Shown here piece by piece: positions 18,763-27,860 of a stretch of DNA of 64,000 nucleotides. Within the stretch, counting starts at the first letter, position 1. Each line of letters begins with the position of its first letter. This DNA is from Anaerolineae bacterium (GTDB lineage Bacteria > Chloroflexota > Anaerolineae > Aggregatilineales > J027). The notes under the pieces are model-generated. The model did no database searches. It was not told the DNA's origin and saw nothing but the letters and a program-made list of their open reading frames with translations. A program made the position numbers and the translations under genes. The stretch covers positions 19,001 through 83,000 of the forward strand of contig DAOTTU010000055.1 of NCBI GenBank assembly GCA_034437655.1. The letters are read 5' to 3'.

Positions 18763-20025
18763 ATGAGCAAGCAATATTCTCGCCGTGAATGGTTACGCCG
18801 CAGCGCTGCTATCGGCACACTTTCTGCCGCACATTTAATGCTCCCAAACTGGATGCCGCGCATGGCTTTTTCAGCGAAGCACCAGGCCCCGCGTGGTGAT
18901 GTGCTGGTGTGTGTCTTTTTGCGTGGGGGTGCGGACAGCATGAATATGATCGTGCCCCATGCTGAAGATGCCTATTACAACGCCCGCCCACAACTGGCCA
19001 TCCCGCGTCCAGACACCCGTGGCAGTGACCCCAAAGCCCTTGATCTGGATGGTTTTTTCGGGCTGCATCCGTCGTTGGCACCGCTGCATAACCTGATGCT
19101 TGGCAGCCAACTGCGAGCTGTGCATGCGACTGGCTCGCCTGACCCCACGCGCTCTCACTTCGAAGCGATGGACTACATGGAGCGCGGCACCCCCGGCGAA
19201 AAAACCGAGACGTCCGGCTGGCTGGGGCGGCACCTCGCCACGCTCGACACGGGCAATAACTCTCCGGTGCGGGCCGTGGGTTGGGGGACAGCCGCACAGA
19301 TGGCATTAGCTGGCCCTGTAGCACCGACTGTGTTACAGTCTATTGCAGACTATCACCTCGGTGGTCGGCTTGATGTGGCGGCGCAGATGATGAACGCCAT
19401 TTCGCAGCTTTATCACCTCGAAACAGATGCGCTCACAGCCTCCGCAGATGCTACGATAGAAGCGATTGACCTCGTGGGGCAGGTGCAAATTGACCGGTAC
19501 CGTCCCCAGAACGGCGCAACCTACCCCGAAAACAACTTTGCGATGGCACTGATGCAAACGGCTGCTATTGCCCGTGCAGGCATCGGGCTAGAAACAGCCT
19601 GCATTGACCTCGGCGGTTGGGATACCCACGCGCGTCAGGGGAGCGTGCAGGGCGAACATGCGCAATTGCTGAACATACTCGGCAGTGGGCTCGCAGCCTT
19701 CCATCAAGATATGGGGCCAGAAATGTCGCGTGTGACGGTGGTTGTGATGTCCGAGTTTGGTCGCCGCTTGCAAGAAAACGCCGATCAGGGCACCGATCAT
19801 GGGCATGGCGGGGCGATGCTGGTGATGAGCGATAATTTGACCGCAGATGGTCCGGTGCTGGCAGACTGGCCGGGGCTTGCACCAGAAAATCTGGTACGCG
19901 GTGATCTCGCCATTACCACCGATTACCGCAACGTCCTCAGCGAAATCCTCACCAAACGCCTGAACAACCCGCTGACGAATGAAGTCTTCCCGAACTTCAA
20001 CGCCGAGGATGTCGGGCTATTCTAA
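18763..20025 (+). CDS. DUF1501-family (sulfatase/alkaline-phosphatase-like) protein with twin-arginine signal
   Basis: SRREWLRRSAAIG Tat motif, VFLRGGADSMNM, GGWDTHA, SEFGRR..GTDHGHGG motifs. AGGGAG upstream of the ATG. Confidence 0.8.
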   Translation: MSKQYSRREWLRRSAAIGTLSAAHLMLPNWMPRMAFSAKHQAPRGDVLVCVFLRGGADSMNMIVPHAEDAYYNARPQLAIPRPDTRGSDPKALDLDGFFGLHPSLAPLHNLMLGSQLRAVHATGSPDPTRSHFEAMDYMERGTPGEKTETSGWLGRHLATLDTGNNSPVRAVGWGTAAQMALAGPVAPTVLQSIADYHLGGRLDVAAQMMNAISQLYHLETDALTASADATIEAIDLVGQVQIDRYRPQNGATYPENNFAMALMQTAAIARAGIGLETACIDLGGWDTHARQGSVQGEHAQLLNILGSGLAAFHQDMGPEMSRVTVVVMSEFGRRLQENADQGTDHGHGGAMLVMSDNLTADGPVLADWPGLAPENLVRGDLAITTDYRNVLSEILTKRLNNPLTNEVFPNFNAEDVGLF

Positions 20026-20041
20026 AACAAATCCGGCATTG

Positions 20042-20269
20042 TTAGTCATCCAACGGCGTAATTTCCCCGTCTACCAGTTGATTTACCCTTAACTCAGCCT
20101 GCTCTAGCAATTGCTGGCAGTAGGCTGAGAGTTGTTGCCCCTCAGCGAATAAATTTAGCGATTCTTCAAGCGCAAGGTTGCCACGCTCAAGTTGCTGGAC
20201 AATTTCTTCTAGTTTGGTATAGGCTTCTTCGTAGGTCATCTTTTCGTCAGGTACGGAATTTTCAGCCAT
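20042..20269 (-). CDS. xseB: Exodeoxyribonuclease VII small subunit
   Basis: 75 aa. YEEAYTKLEEIVQQLERGNLALEESLNLFAEGQQLSAYCQQLLEQAE matches the XseB helical hairpin pattern. Confidence 0.8.
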   Translation of the reverse strand: MAENSVPDEKMTYEEAYTKLEEIVQQLERGNLALEESLNLFAEGQQLSAYCQQLLEQAELRVNQLVDGEITPLDD

Positions 20270-20322
20270 TACAGTATCTCACTTTAAATTAGGGGGTAAT
20301 TCTGCATTCAGCCTGCATTATA

Positions 20323-21216
20323 ATGAAGATCAACCTGGAAAAACACAGTTCGAGAGACACCATGCAGGCGACACAACCACGCCCAACCCAATCTCATCAA
20401 CCTCCGACATCTCGCTGGCAGGTGTGGCTGGTGCTGATCGTGTTTTTGCTGGCAGGCGGCTTCTGGCTCTCGCAAACACCAGACGGTGTTCAGGGAAAAG
20501 CTGACGCGGTGGGGTATGCCATTTGTCATCGCATCGAAGACCGTTCTTTTGCGACATATGGCGACCGCCAGCTCCCGATGTGTGCGCGGTGTAGTGGAAT
20601 TTACGCCGGGGTTATGACGGGGTTGCTAACCGTGGCGGCATTCGGGCGACTACGGGCCACAAAGCTCCCCAGTCTACCCGTTGGGCTGGTGCTGTTGAGT
20701 TTTGTGGGTGTGCTTGGCGTAGATGGACTCAACAGCTATTTTCACCTGTTCCCTGACTTTGATGATGGGCTTTACCAACCCAACAACACACTGCGCGTGA
20801 CGACTGGCATGTTCACCGGGCTCACGATGATTCAGGGACTATTACCCATCTTTAACGGCTCTGTCTGGCACCCTGAAGCGGCCCAGAAAACCCGCGCCGT
20901 GCGGAATTTCAAAGAACTGGCCATTTACTGTGCGGCGATCATCGCTGTGTTGGGTCTGATTTTGCTGAATAGCCCATTCATCAATCTTGTGGTTGGGTTT
21001 GCCAGTGCTTTTGGGGTGCTGCTTGTGCTGAGTATGGTGATGGCGGTTATGTTCATGACGCTGATCGGTACCGACCGCAGCTATGCTCGCTGGCCGCAGC
21101 TCTGGTTGCCGATGCTGGCAGGGCTCACAGCAGCGATTATTTTCGTCGGTGGCATAGACGCGCTACGCTTTATGCTGACTGGTACCTGGGAAGGCTTTGT
21201 GTTCGCCCAACAATAG
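20323..21216 (+). CDS. DUF2085-family membrane protein
   Basis: CHRIEDRSF ... PMCARCSGIYAG signature followed by several TM helices. The start is ambiguous (20323 or ATG 20362). Confidence 0.75.
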   Translation: MKINLEKHSSRDTMQATQPRPTQSHQPPTSRWQVWLVLIVFLLAGGFWLSQTPDGVQGKADAVGYAICHRIEDRSFATYGDRQLPMCARCSGIYAGVMTGLLTVAAFGRLRATKLPSLPVGLVLLSFVGVLGVDGLNSYFHLFPDFDDGLYQPNNTLRVTTGMFTGLTMIQGLLPIFNGSVWHPEAAQKTRAVRNFKELAIYCAAIIAVLGLILLNSPFINLVVGFASAFGVLLVLSMVMAVMFMTLIGTDRSYARWPQLWLPMLAGLTAAIIFVGGIDALRFMLTGTWEGFVFAQQ

Positions 21217-21243
21217 GTTGAGTTTCAAAACAAGGAGCGACCT

Positions 21244-21831
21244 GTGGAAACACTTGCGACCGGATTAGGTTTATCGTCCAGTGCCGGGCTCAACGCCTGG
21301 CTACCGTTGATTATCTACAATCTTGGTGTTCGTTTTGACTTTATCGGTGAAAGCGATATGCCTGTTGCAGAAACGATCACGTCGTGGGAATCGCTGGCGG
21401 TTTTTACAGTGTTGTTGATTATCGAAATGATCGTCGATAAAGTGCCAGTGCTGGATAGTTTTAACGACATTGTTGGCACCGTCGTGCGTCCAGTTGCCGG
21501 GGCAGCGCTGATGGTGGCCAGCACGGGCGAACTCGGTGATACATTTAGTCCTGAACTGGTACAACTCTTTTCGATCATCTCTGGCGGTACGTCAGCAGGG
21601 GGAGTACACGCAGTAAAAGCCCTCTCGCGCCCGTTAATTACAGGCTCTACGGCTGGCACAGGTAATTTTGTGGTCAGCCTGTTAGAAGATATTCTGGCAG
21701 TTGGTGTTTCTTTATTCGCGATTGTATTGCCGTTTATTATTCTGTTTCTAGCGGTCAGTGTTGTCGTGTTGGGGTTCTGGTATATCTGGGAATTACAACG
21801 GCGCGACATGATCAAACGGCAGTACCTTTGA
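21244..21831 (+). CDS. DUF4126-family membrane protein
   Basis: GTG start. GLSSSAGLNAWLPLIIYNLG N-terminus and Gly/Ala-rich TM helices as in DUF4126. Confidence 0.7.
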   Translation: METLATGLGLSSSAGLNAWLPLIIYNLGVRFDFIGESDMPVAETITSWESLAVFTVLLIIEMIVDKVPVLDSFNDIVGTVVRPVAGAALMVASTGELGDTFSPELVQLFSIISGGTSAGGVHAVKALSRPLITGSTAGTGNFVVSLLEDILAVGVSLFAIVLPFIILFLAVSVVVLGFWYIWELQRRDMIKRQYL

Positions 21832-21852
21832 TAACCCGGAGGCCATATCCCC

Positions 21853-22350
21853 ATGAGTTACCATAAAATCGTTGTTCCCCTTGATGGCAGCGGCTGGGCA
21901 ACACGAGCTGTCTCCCATGCAGCACGTATTGCAAAAAATAATGACGCTGAACTGATCTTGCTACACGTTTATCATTCACCGTTAGCCGAGTACCGTGACT
22001 CACTTTCACTGGCGAATCAAACTACTTTGATTGACCAGGAACGCGAACGCATAAAAAACCATCTCATTAGCCTGCGTACCGACCTGCGCAGCCAGGGGGT
22101 AAAAGTGCGGGGCCACATCATTGACGGTCGCGACCCGGCCATTAACATCGTCAAATATGTACTGTCCGAAGGCGCAGACCTCGTCGTGATGTCCACACAT
22201 GGGCGTACCGGGCTGGCTCGCTTCATTTTCGGCAGTGTGGCGCATAAGGTGATGCAGTCGCTGGCTGTGCCCGTGTTATTGGTTCGCCCCGACCAGCCAG
22301 AGGAATTGGCCGAAGATGCCAGCGATCTCCCATCTGGCGAAGTCTTGTAG
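21853..22350 (+). CDS. Universal stress protein (UspA family)
   Basis: KIVVPLDGS, ELILLHV, DLVVMSTHGRTGLARFIFGSVAHKVMQSLAVPVLLVR. Confidence 0.9.
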   Translation: MSYHKIVVPLDGSGWATRAVSHAARIAKNNDAELILLHVYHSPLAEYRDSLSLANQTTLIDQERERIKNHLISLRTDLRSQGVKVRGHIIDGRDPAINIVKYVLSEGADLVVMSTHGRTGLARFIFGSVAHKVMQSLAVPVLLVRPDQPEELAEDASDLPSGEVL

Positions 22351-22367
22351 TGCGGCAACAATACGGT

Positions 22368-23114
22368 TTAGTCCATGCTTTCGCCACCGTCAACATGGAT
22401 GGTCTGGCCGGTGATATAGCTGGCGGCGTCTGAACACAAAAATAACACAACATTCGCGACTTCTTCAGGGCTCCCTAACCGACCCTGTGGAATCGCGCTC
22501 AAATCGATTTGCCCTGCTAACTGGCTTTCCCCCTCAATGTTAGCAGGGCAGATTGCGTTAACGCGGATACCGAGTGCGGCGTATTCGCGGGCAGATTCTT
22601 TCGTCAACCCAATCATGGCCGCTTTGCTGGTCACATAGGCGACACTGTTTTGACGTGGCAAAGTGTGCCCGGCGGTACTGGCCATATTGATGATCACACC
22701 GCCACCTTCGTCAGCCATAACACGCCCGGCCAGTTGTGTGACGAAGAATGTGCCGTTGATGTTGACATCCATTGAACGTCGCCAGTCCCATTCATCGAGC
22801 TTGATCAGGCTGCTTATTTTTTCGACACCGGCCGCGTTCACCACAATATCTATGCGCTCGAACTCATCGCGCAACGCCTCAATCATTGGGCCGACAAGCA
22901 GCTTGTTGGACACGTCTGCCTGCCAACCGCGTGCAGTCCCGCCTGCTGCAACAATTGTTTCGGCCACATCATCACACTTATCAGGGTTGATGTCTACGAC
23001 AAAGACTGCTGCCCCAGCCTTGCCAAGTGCTAACGCAGTTGACCGACCAACGCCAGCCCCACCCCCTGTTACAAGAGCGACTTTGCCCTGTAAATCCACG
23101 TTAAAATTTGTCAC
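22368..23114 (-). CDS. SDR-family oxidoreductase (FabG-like)
   Basis: [27 protein letters not shown] catalytic YxxxK. GTG 23114 gives a typical 249-aa SDR; the ORF-track extension to 23231 would overlap the divergent gene. Confidence 0.9.
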   Translation of the reverse strand: MTNFNVDLQGKVALVTGGGAGVGRSTALALGKAGAAVFVVDINPDKCDDVAETIVAAGGTARGWQADVSNKLLVGPMIEALRDEFERIDIVVNAAGVEKISSLIKLDEWDWRRSMDVNINGTFFVTQLAGRVMADEGGGVIINMASTAGHTLPRQNSVAYVTSKAAMIGLTKESAREYAALGIRVNAICPANIEGESQLAGQIDLSAIPQGRLGSPEEVANVVLFLCSDAASYITGQTIHVDGGESMD

Positions 23115-23200
23115 GATGTTGCTTGCCTTTACCTTCTCAGAGTGTGTTAAACTTATTCTGGTATACAGTGTCCATTGCTTCAACCATAGAAAGTAACCAA

Positions 23201-23911
23201 ATGGTCCAATTCCTCCTTGTTCGACACGCAATCAATGAATGGGTTAAAACAGGTAAACTCGCGGGATGGACGCCCGGTGTACACCTCAACGACGACGGCC
23301 GTAAGCAAGCCGAAGCGCTTGGCGAACGCCTGAGTACAGAAAAAATTACTGCGATCTATTCCAGTCCGCTTGAGCGTACGATGGAAACTGCCGAGGCCAT
23401 CGCCAAACACCACCCCGACCTCACTGTGCAACAGGAATCTGGTATTGGTGAGGTACGTTATGGGAAGTGGGAAGGCAAAAAAATCAAGAAGTTGGCCAAG
23501 AAAAAAAAGTGGCAGATTGTACAGCATGTTCCGTCACGGATGACCTTTCCAAAGGGAGAATCCATGCGCGGTACACAAATGCGAGCCGTTGACACTATCG
23601 AGAACCTGTATGCACAATACAAAGACGATGAAAACGCGGTCATTGTGCTGGTGTTTCACGCTGACCTGATCAAGATGGTGGTCGCCCATTATCTGGGTGT
23701 GCATCTGGACTTGTTTCAACGGATTGTCATTTCGCCAGCATCTATTACACGCCTCTTGCTGGACGACGGCCGCCCCTTCCTGGCAACCGTCAACGATACC
23801 AGCCACAACCCGCCTTTGCCCAAGCCTGAACCCGACGAGGAAGCTGACGAAGACACAGGTGACGAGGTAGAGGATGACGACGATCTTAATGACGAAGAAG
23901 ACGAAAACTAG
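23201..23911 (+). CDS. Histidine-phosphatase (PGAM) superfamily protein, MSMEG_4193-type putative phosphomutase, with poly-acidic tail
   Basis: [14 protein letters not shown] (RHG-type catalytic start), [19 protein letters not shown]. The last about 30 aa are D/E-rich. ATG 23201 is preferred over the ORF-track start 23108. Confidence 0.8.
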   Translation: MVQFLLVRHAINEWVKTGKLAGWTPGVHLNDDGRKQAEALGERLSTEKITAIYSSPLERTMETAEAIAKHHPDLTVQQESGIGEVRYGKWEGKKIKKLAKKKKWQIVQHVPSRMTFPKGESMRGTQMRAVDTIENLYAQYKDDENAVIVLVFHADLIKMVVAHYLGVHLDLFQRIVISPASITRLLLDDGRPFLATVNDTSHNPPLPKPEPDEEADEDTGDEVEDDDDLNDEEDEN

Positions 23912-23919
23912 GAGACCGA

Positions 23920-24438
23920 ATGCCCAATCAGGAAATCGAACTGGATCAGCTAGACTTCATTACTATCGGCACTGTTGGCCCTAAGGGACGACGCCAGTTT
24001 AATATCCAGGCCGGGCAGGGCAGCCAGATCATCACCCTGATCATCGAGAAAGAACAGGCGCGCCAGCTTGCTGATGCAATTGAAGAAATTCTTGATGACC
24101 TTCAAAAACGTGATGACGACACCTTCAAACAGCCGATCATCAACCTCGGGAAATGGGACATGGCGCTCCGTGACCCGGTTGAGCCACAATTTCGTGTTGC
24201 TAAGATGGGGTTGGGCTATGATGAAGACCGAGACCGTATTATCCTTGTCGCCCAAGAACTCCTGGTCACTGAAGAAGAAGAAGAGGAAGCTGACCCTTTA
24301 ACCAACCGCCCTAGCATTGTCCGCATGTGGGGTACACGTGAACAATACAAAGCCCTCAGTGTGCATTCTTTACAGGTTGTTGACGCAGGTCGTGCGGACC
24401 CACGCGAAAACGGCTATGTCATTTACTACTGGACGTAA
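23920..24438 (+). CDS. DUF3090-like protein
   Basis: FITIGTVGPKGRRQFNIQAG..IITLIIEKEQARQLA N-terminus, acidic linker, and a position between the phosphomutase and kinase-like genes. AGGAG overlaps the upstream stop. Confidence 0.7.
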   Translation: MPNQEIELDQLDFITIGTVGPKGRRQFNIQAGQGSQIITLIIEKEQARQLADAIEEILDDLQKRDDDTFKQPIINLGKWDMALRDPVEPQFRVAKMGLGYDEDRDRIILVAQELLVTEEEEEEADPLTNRPSIVRMWGTREQYKALSVHSLQVVDAGRADPRENGYVIYYWT

Positions 24439-24462
24439 GACAAGTTTGCCCGGGAAAAAGCC

Positions 24463-25281
24463 ATGAGTACCGAAGACCCACGCCCAAACAACGAGCAAGA
24501 CCCCGACAACAACGCCGCTGGAACCGCTAAAGATGATAACAGCACCATGCAGCACAAAACACTTGGTTTAGAGCGGATTGTCCAACTGCTAGAAAACGGG
24601 GAAATCCTTGAAGAACACGGCCGTCTGCGCTGGTCGTCCAATTACACCACGATCGTCACGTTGAAAGATGACGAGTACGAAACACTGGCTGTGTATAAAC
24701 CACAACGGGGTGAACGCCCGCTCTGGGACTTTCCTGACGGCACACTCTGCTATCGTGAAGTTGCAGCCTATCGTGTGTCGGCTGCGCTGGGCTGGGAAAT
24801 TGTCGCGCCAACGGTGTTGCGGACTGGCTCAAAGGGGCTCGGCTCGGTACAGCTATACATCGAACACGACCCACAGGTGAACTATTTTTCACTGACGGAC
24901 GATTTCTTGCCACAATTGCAGTTAATGGCGCTGTTCGATGCTATGGTGAACAATGCCGACCGCAAAGGTGGCCATTGTCTGGTAGACCCACGTGGCAAAC
25001 TGTGGGGTATTGACCATGGTATCTGCTTCAACGTTGACCCTAAGCTACGCACCGTCATCTGGGACTTCGCCGGGCAACCTATTCCCGAACCACTCGTGCG
25101 TGATATACAAGCGTTTTTGGACGATCTCTGCAACAAACAGAGTGCCTACCAGTGCTTGCAGGGATTGCTGAGCGATGTTGAGATGGACGCGGTTATTGGC
25201 CGCACAAAACGCCTTGTTGAAGGCAAAACGTTCCCATTCCCATCAGGTTCTGGACCAAGCTATCCCTGGCCGCCAGTGTGA
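24463..25281 (+). CDS. SCO1664-family protein, PI3/PI4-kinase-like catalytic domain
   Basis: AVYKPQRGERPLWDFPDG, catalytic-loop-like NNADRKGGHCL and metal-loop-like GIDHGICF. Confidence 0.75.
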   Translation: MSTEDPRPNNEQDPDNNAAGTAKDDNSTMQHKTLGLERIVQLLENGEILEEHGRLRWSSNYTTIVTLKDDEYETLAVYKPQRGERPLWDFPDGTLCYREVAAYRVSAALGWEIVAPTVLRTGSKGLGSVQLYIEHDPQVNYFSLTDDFLPQLQLMALFDAMVNNADRKGGHCLVDPRGKLWGIDHGICFNVDPKLRTVIWDFAGQPIPEPLVRDIQAFLDDLCNKQSAYQCLQGLLSDVEMDAVIGRTKRLVEGKTFPFPSGSGPSYPWPPV

Positions 25282-25321
25282 CCATAGGTGTCAGGTGGTT
25301 CACAGCATAGCTACTGTCGAT

Positions 25322-25356
25322 AAAGGGTTTGGCGAAATGCTGAACCCTTTTTCGTT
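25322..25356 (+). terminator. Intrinsic terminator after the three-gene module
   Basis: AAAGGGTT-tggcgaaatgctg-AACCCTTT followed by TTCGTTTG, 40 nt after the stop at 25281. Confidence 0.6.
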
Positions 25357-25435
25357 TGTACGGTAGGTATTGTAGAATGGGCACGACTCTACACAAATTA
25401 ATTTAAACCAATCAAGAAAATAGGATCGTTTTTCT

Positions 25436-26377
25436 ATGATTCATGAACTTGCAGCAAAAATACGTGACAATATTCAACAGGTCATCGTTGGCAAAACTGA
25501 GGTCATCAATCTTGTGATCGCGGCATTGCTCAGCGAAGGACATATTTTGCTTGAAGATGTACCCGGCACGGGCAAAACCACGCTGGCCAAAGCACTTTCT
25601 ACGTCATTAGGATGCAAATTTCAGCGTATTCAATTTACGCCAGACCTGCGCCCCTTTGACGTTACCGGGCTCAACTATTTTAACCAGAAAACCCAGTCTT
25701 TTGAATTTATGCCCGGTCCTATCATGAGCCAGATCATCCTGGCAGACGAGATCAATCGCGCCACCCCCCGCACCCAGAGCGCATTGCTTGAGGCCATGCA
25801 AGAACGCCAGGTTACGATTGAAAATACCACTCACACCCTTGAACGTCCTTTTTTGGTTATGGCAACCCAGAACCCCATTGAGCTTGAAGGCACGTTCCCC
25901 TTGCCAGAAGCCCAGCAAGACCGCTTCTTGATCCGGCTAGCAGTGGGTTACCCCGACGAACGTGACGAAGTTGCGATGCTACGCCGCTTCCGTAATGATG
26001 ACCCGGCGGCCCAACTCGCGGCTGTGACTGATCCCGACGAAATCATGGCTGCAATTCATGATGTACGGCAGGTTCTGGTTGGCGAGGCGGTTGAACGCTA
26101 TATCGTTGACATTATCCGCACCACCCGCGATCATAAAGAACTCGATGTTGGGGCCAGCCCCCGTGCCACCCTGGGGCTCTATCGTCTCAGCCAGGCCTGG
26201 GCCGCCATCGATAACCGTAGCTTCGTTGTGCCAGATGACCCTAAATTTCTCGCGCCATTCATCTTGAATCATCGTGTGATGGTCAGTCAGGAAACCTTGC
26301 TGGGGAATCGTAGCGTTGAAGACATCATCGAAGCGGTGGTTGCAGATGTGCCTGTTCCGGTTGAAGAAGGTGCGTAA
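25436..26377 (+). CDS. moxR: MoxR-family AAA+ ATPase (AAA_3)
   Basis: GHILLEDVPGTGKTTLAKAL (Walker A), ILADEINRATPRTQSALLEAMQE (Walker B/sensor). Confidence 0.9.
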   Translation: MIHELAAKIRDNIQQVIVGKTEVINLVIAALLSEGHILLEDVPGTGKTTLAKALSTSLGCKFQRIQFTPDLRPFDVTGLNYFNQKTQSFEFMPGPIMSQIILADEINRATPRTQSALLEAMQERQVTIENTTHTLERPFLVMATQNPIELEGTFPLPEAQQDRFLIRLAVGYPDERDEVAMLRRFRNDDPAAQLAAVTDPDEIMAAIHDVRQVLVGEAVERYIVDIIRTTRDHKELDVGASPRATLGLYRLSQAWAAIDNRSFVVPDDPKFLAPFILNHRVMVSQETLLGNRSVEDIIEAVVADVPVPVEEGA

Positions 26378-26381
26378 TTAA

Positions 26382-27860
26382 ATGGCTGAAGAACGGACGC
26401 AAGTCGAAGCCATACGCGATATTGAAGAACAACGCCGCAAGGAAGTCTCTGAGCAGCAAGCCGGGCTTATTCAACGCCGGGGCGACACTGTCAATGCACT
26501 GGTTAACAGCCGTTTTATCAGCCTGGCTATTATCGCCTTTGTAGTCGGAATCCTCTTTGAAAATCCAGCCCTCATCGCCTTGTCTGGTTTTTTATCGACC
26601 TCAGCGTTTCTGGCCTGGCTCTGGAGTCGTAATAGTCTCCTTGGGGTGCATTACCAGCGCAAATTTCATCACACCCATGTGTTCCCTGATGAAACCACTG
26701 ACCTTGAGATCATTATCGAAAATCGCAAGTGGTTGCCCGTGACCTGGTTGACGGTCGAAGATACATGGCCCCTGCAATTTGCCCCTACAGAAACCGATGT
26801 CGTCGTTGAAAACATGGGCAATCAATTCGATGGCTTGCTCAATAACGCCTATTCGCTGCGCTGGTATGAACGCGTGCGGCGTAACTACACATTGCGTGGA
26901 CGCACACGCGGCATTTACAACGTCGGGCCGGCAGCGCTGTCATCTGGTGACCCGTTCAGCTTGTTTGAGCGCGTGATCGTTACCAACCGCAATCGGCGTG
27001 AATATCTGGTGGTGTATCCCGGGTTTTTGCCCCTCGCAGAAATGGGCTTTCCACTGCATGACCCACTTGGTGACATCCCTGTGCAGCGACGTTTGTACGA
27101 AGATACCAGCCGTGTGATCGGGATTCGTGACCATGAACCCCACGACACCTTTCGCGACATTCACTGGAAAGCAACGGCGCGGGCAGGAAAGTTACAGTCC
27201 AAAATTTATGAGCCGACACGTGGTGTGAACATTGTACTCGCCGTCAACATTGCCAGTTTTGAACAGTTCTGGCGCGGGGTATGGCCCGAAATGCTGGAAT
27301 ACACGCTGTCAATGGCAGCGACATTAGGTAAATGGTCAGCCGATAACGACCATGCGTTTGGTATGATCTGTAACGGTGCTTATGCCCGGGCCGACCAGTC
27401 GATCCGCATTCTACCCGGACGCCGCCCCAGCCAGCTAAAATTAGTGCTGGAAGCGCTGGCCGGCATCAAGTATTTCGTAACACGCGAATTCGGTCGCCAT
27501 ATCATCGAAGAAAGTCCACGCCTCCCTATTGGAGCCACTATCGTCCTGATTACACCCTACGTTAGTGACATGATTCGCCTGTCAAGTTTGCGCCTGAAAG
27601 CACATGGCCGTCGGATAGTGTGGGTGGTGTTAGGCCGTAAAGCCCCAGAGCGTGTCCCCGGCATTCCGCTGCACCATCTGCCAATTCCAATTGCTGAACC
27701 AGACTGGGAAAGTGGACAACTGGCGTCCTTTGACATTGACGAAGAAGCTGAATTTGACCGCCGCTTGACCGCACGCCAACGCTTCTTGCAACAACGTGCC
27801 AGCACCGAAGAAGCTCGCGAAACAACACCTGCGCCTGAAGCTGTAGGAGAAACCTTATGA
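26382..27860 (+). CDS. DUF58-domain protein (vWA-like, MoxR partner) with N-terminal TM hairpin
   Basis: DIHWKATARAGKLQSKIYEP motif typical of DUF58. Located 4 nt after moxR. Confidence 0.8.
   Translation: MAEERTQVEAIRDIEEQRRKEVSEQQAGLIQRRGDTVNALVNSRFISLAIIAFVVGILFENPALIALSGFLSTSAFLAWLWSRNSLLGVHYQRKFHHTHVFPDETTDLEIIIENRKWLPVTWLTVEDTWPLQFAPTETDVVVENMGNQFDGLLNNAYSLRWYERVRRNYTLRGRTRGIYNVGPAALSSGDPFSLFERVIVTNRNRREYLVVYPGFLPLAEMGFPLHDPLGDIPVQRRLYEDTSRVIGIRDHEPHDTFRDIHWKATARAGKLQSKIYEPTRGVNIVLAVNIASFEQFWRGVWPEMLEYTLSMAATLGKWSADNDHAFGMICNGAYARADQSIRILPGRRPSQLKLVLEALAGIKYFVTREFGRHIIEESPRLPIGATIVLITPYVSDMIRLSSLRLKAHGRRIVWVVLGRKAPERVPGIPLHHLPIPIAEPDWESGQLASFDIDEEAEFDRRLTARQRFLQQRASTEEARETTPAPEAVGETL

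Noticed and set aside
23115-23231. ORF-track extensions of the SDR gene (to 23231) and of the phosphomutase gene (from 23108) that overlap each other divergently.
   Set aside because: The family-typical N-termini ([10 protein letters not shown] and [10 protein letters not shown]) start much later. GTG 23114 and ATG 23201 give normal lengths and leave an 86-bp promoter region.
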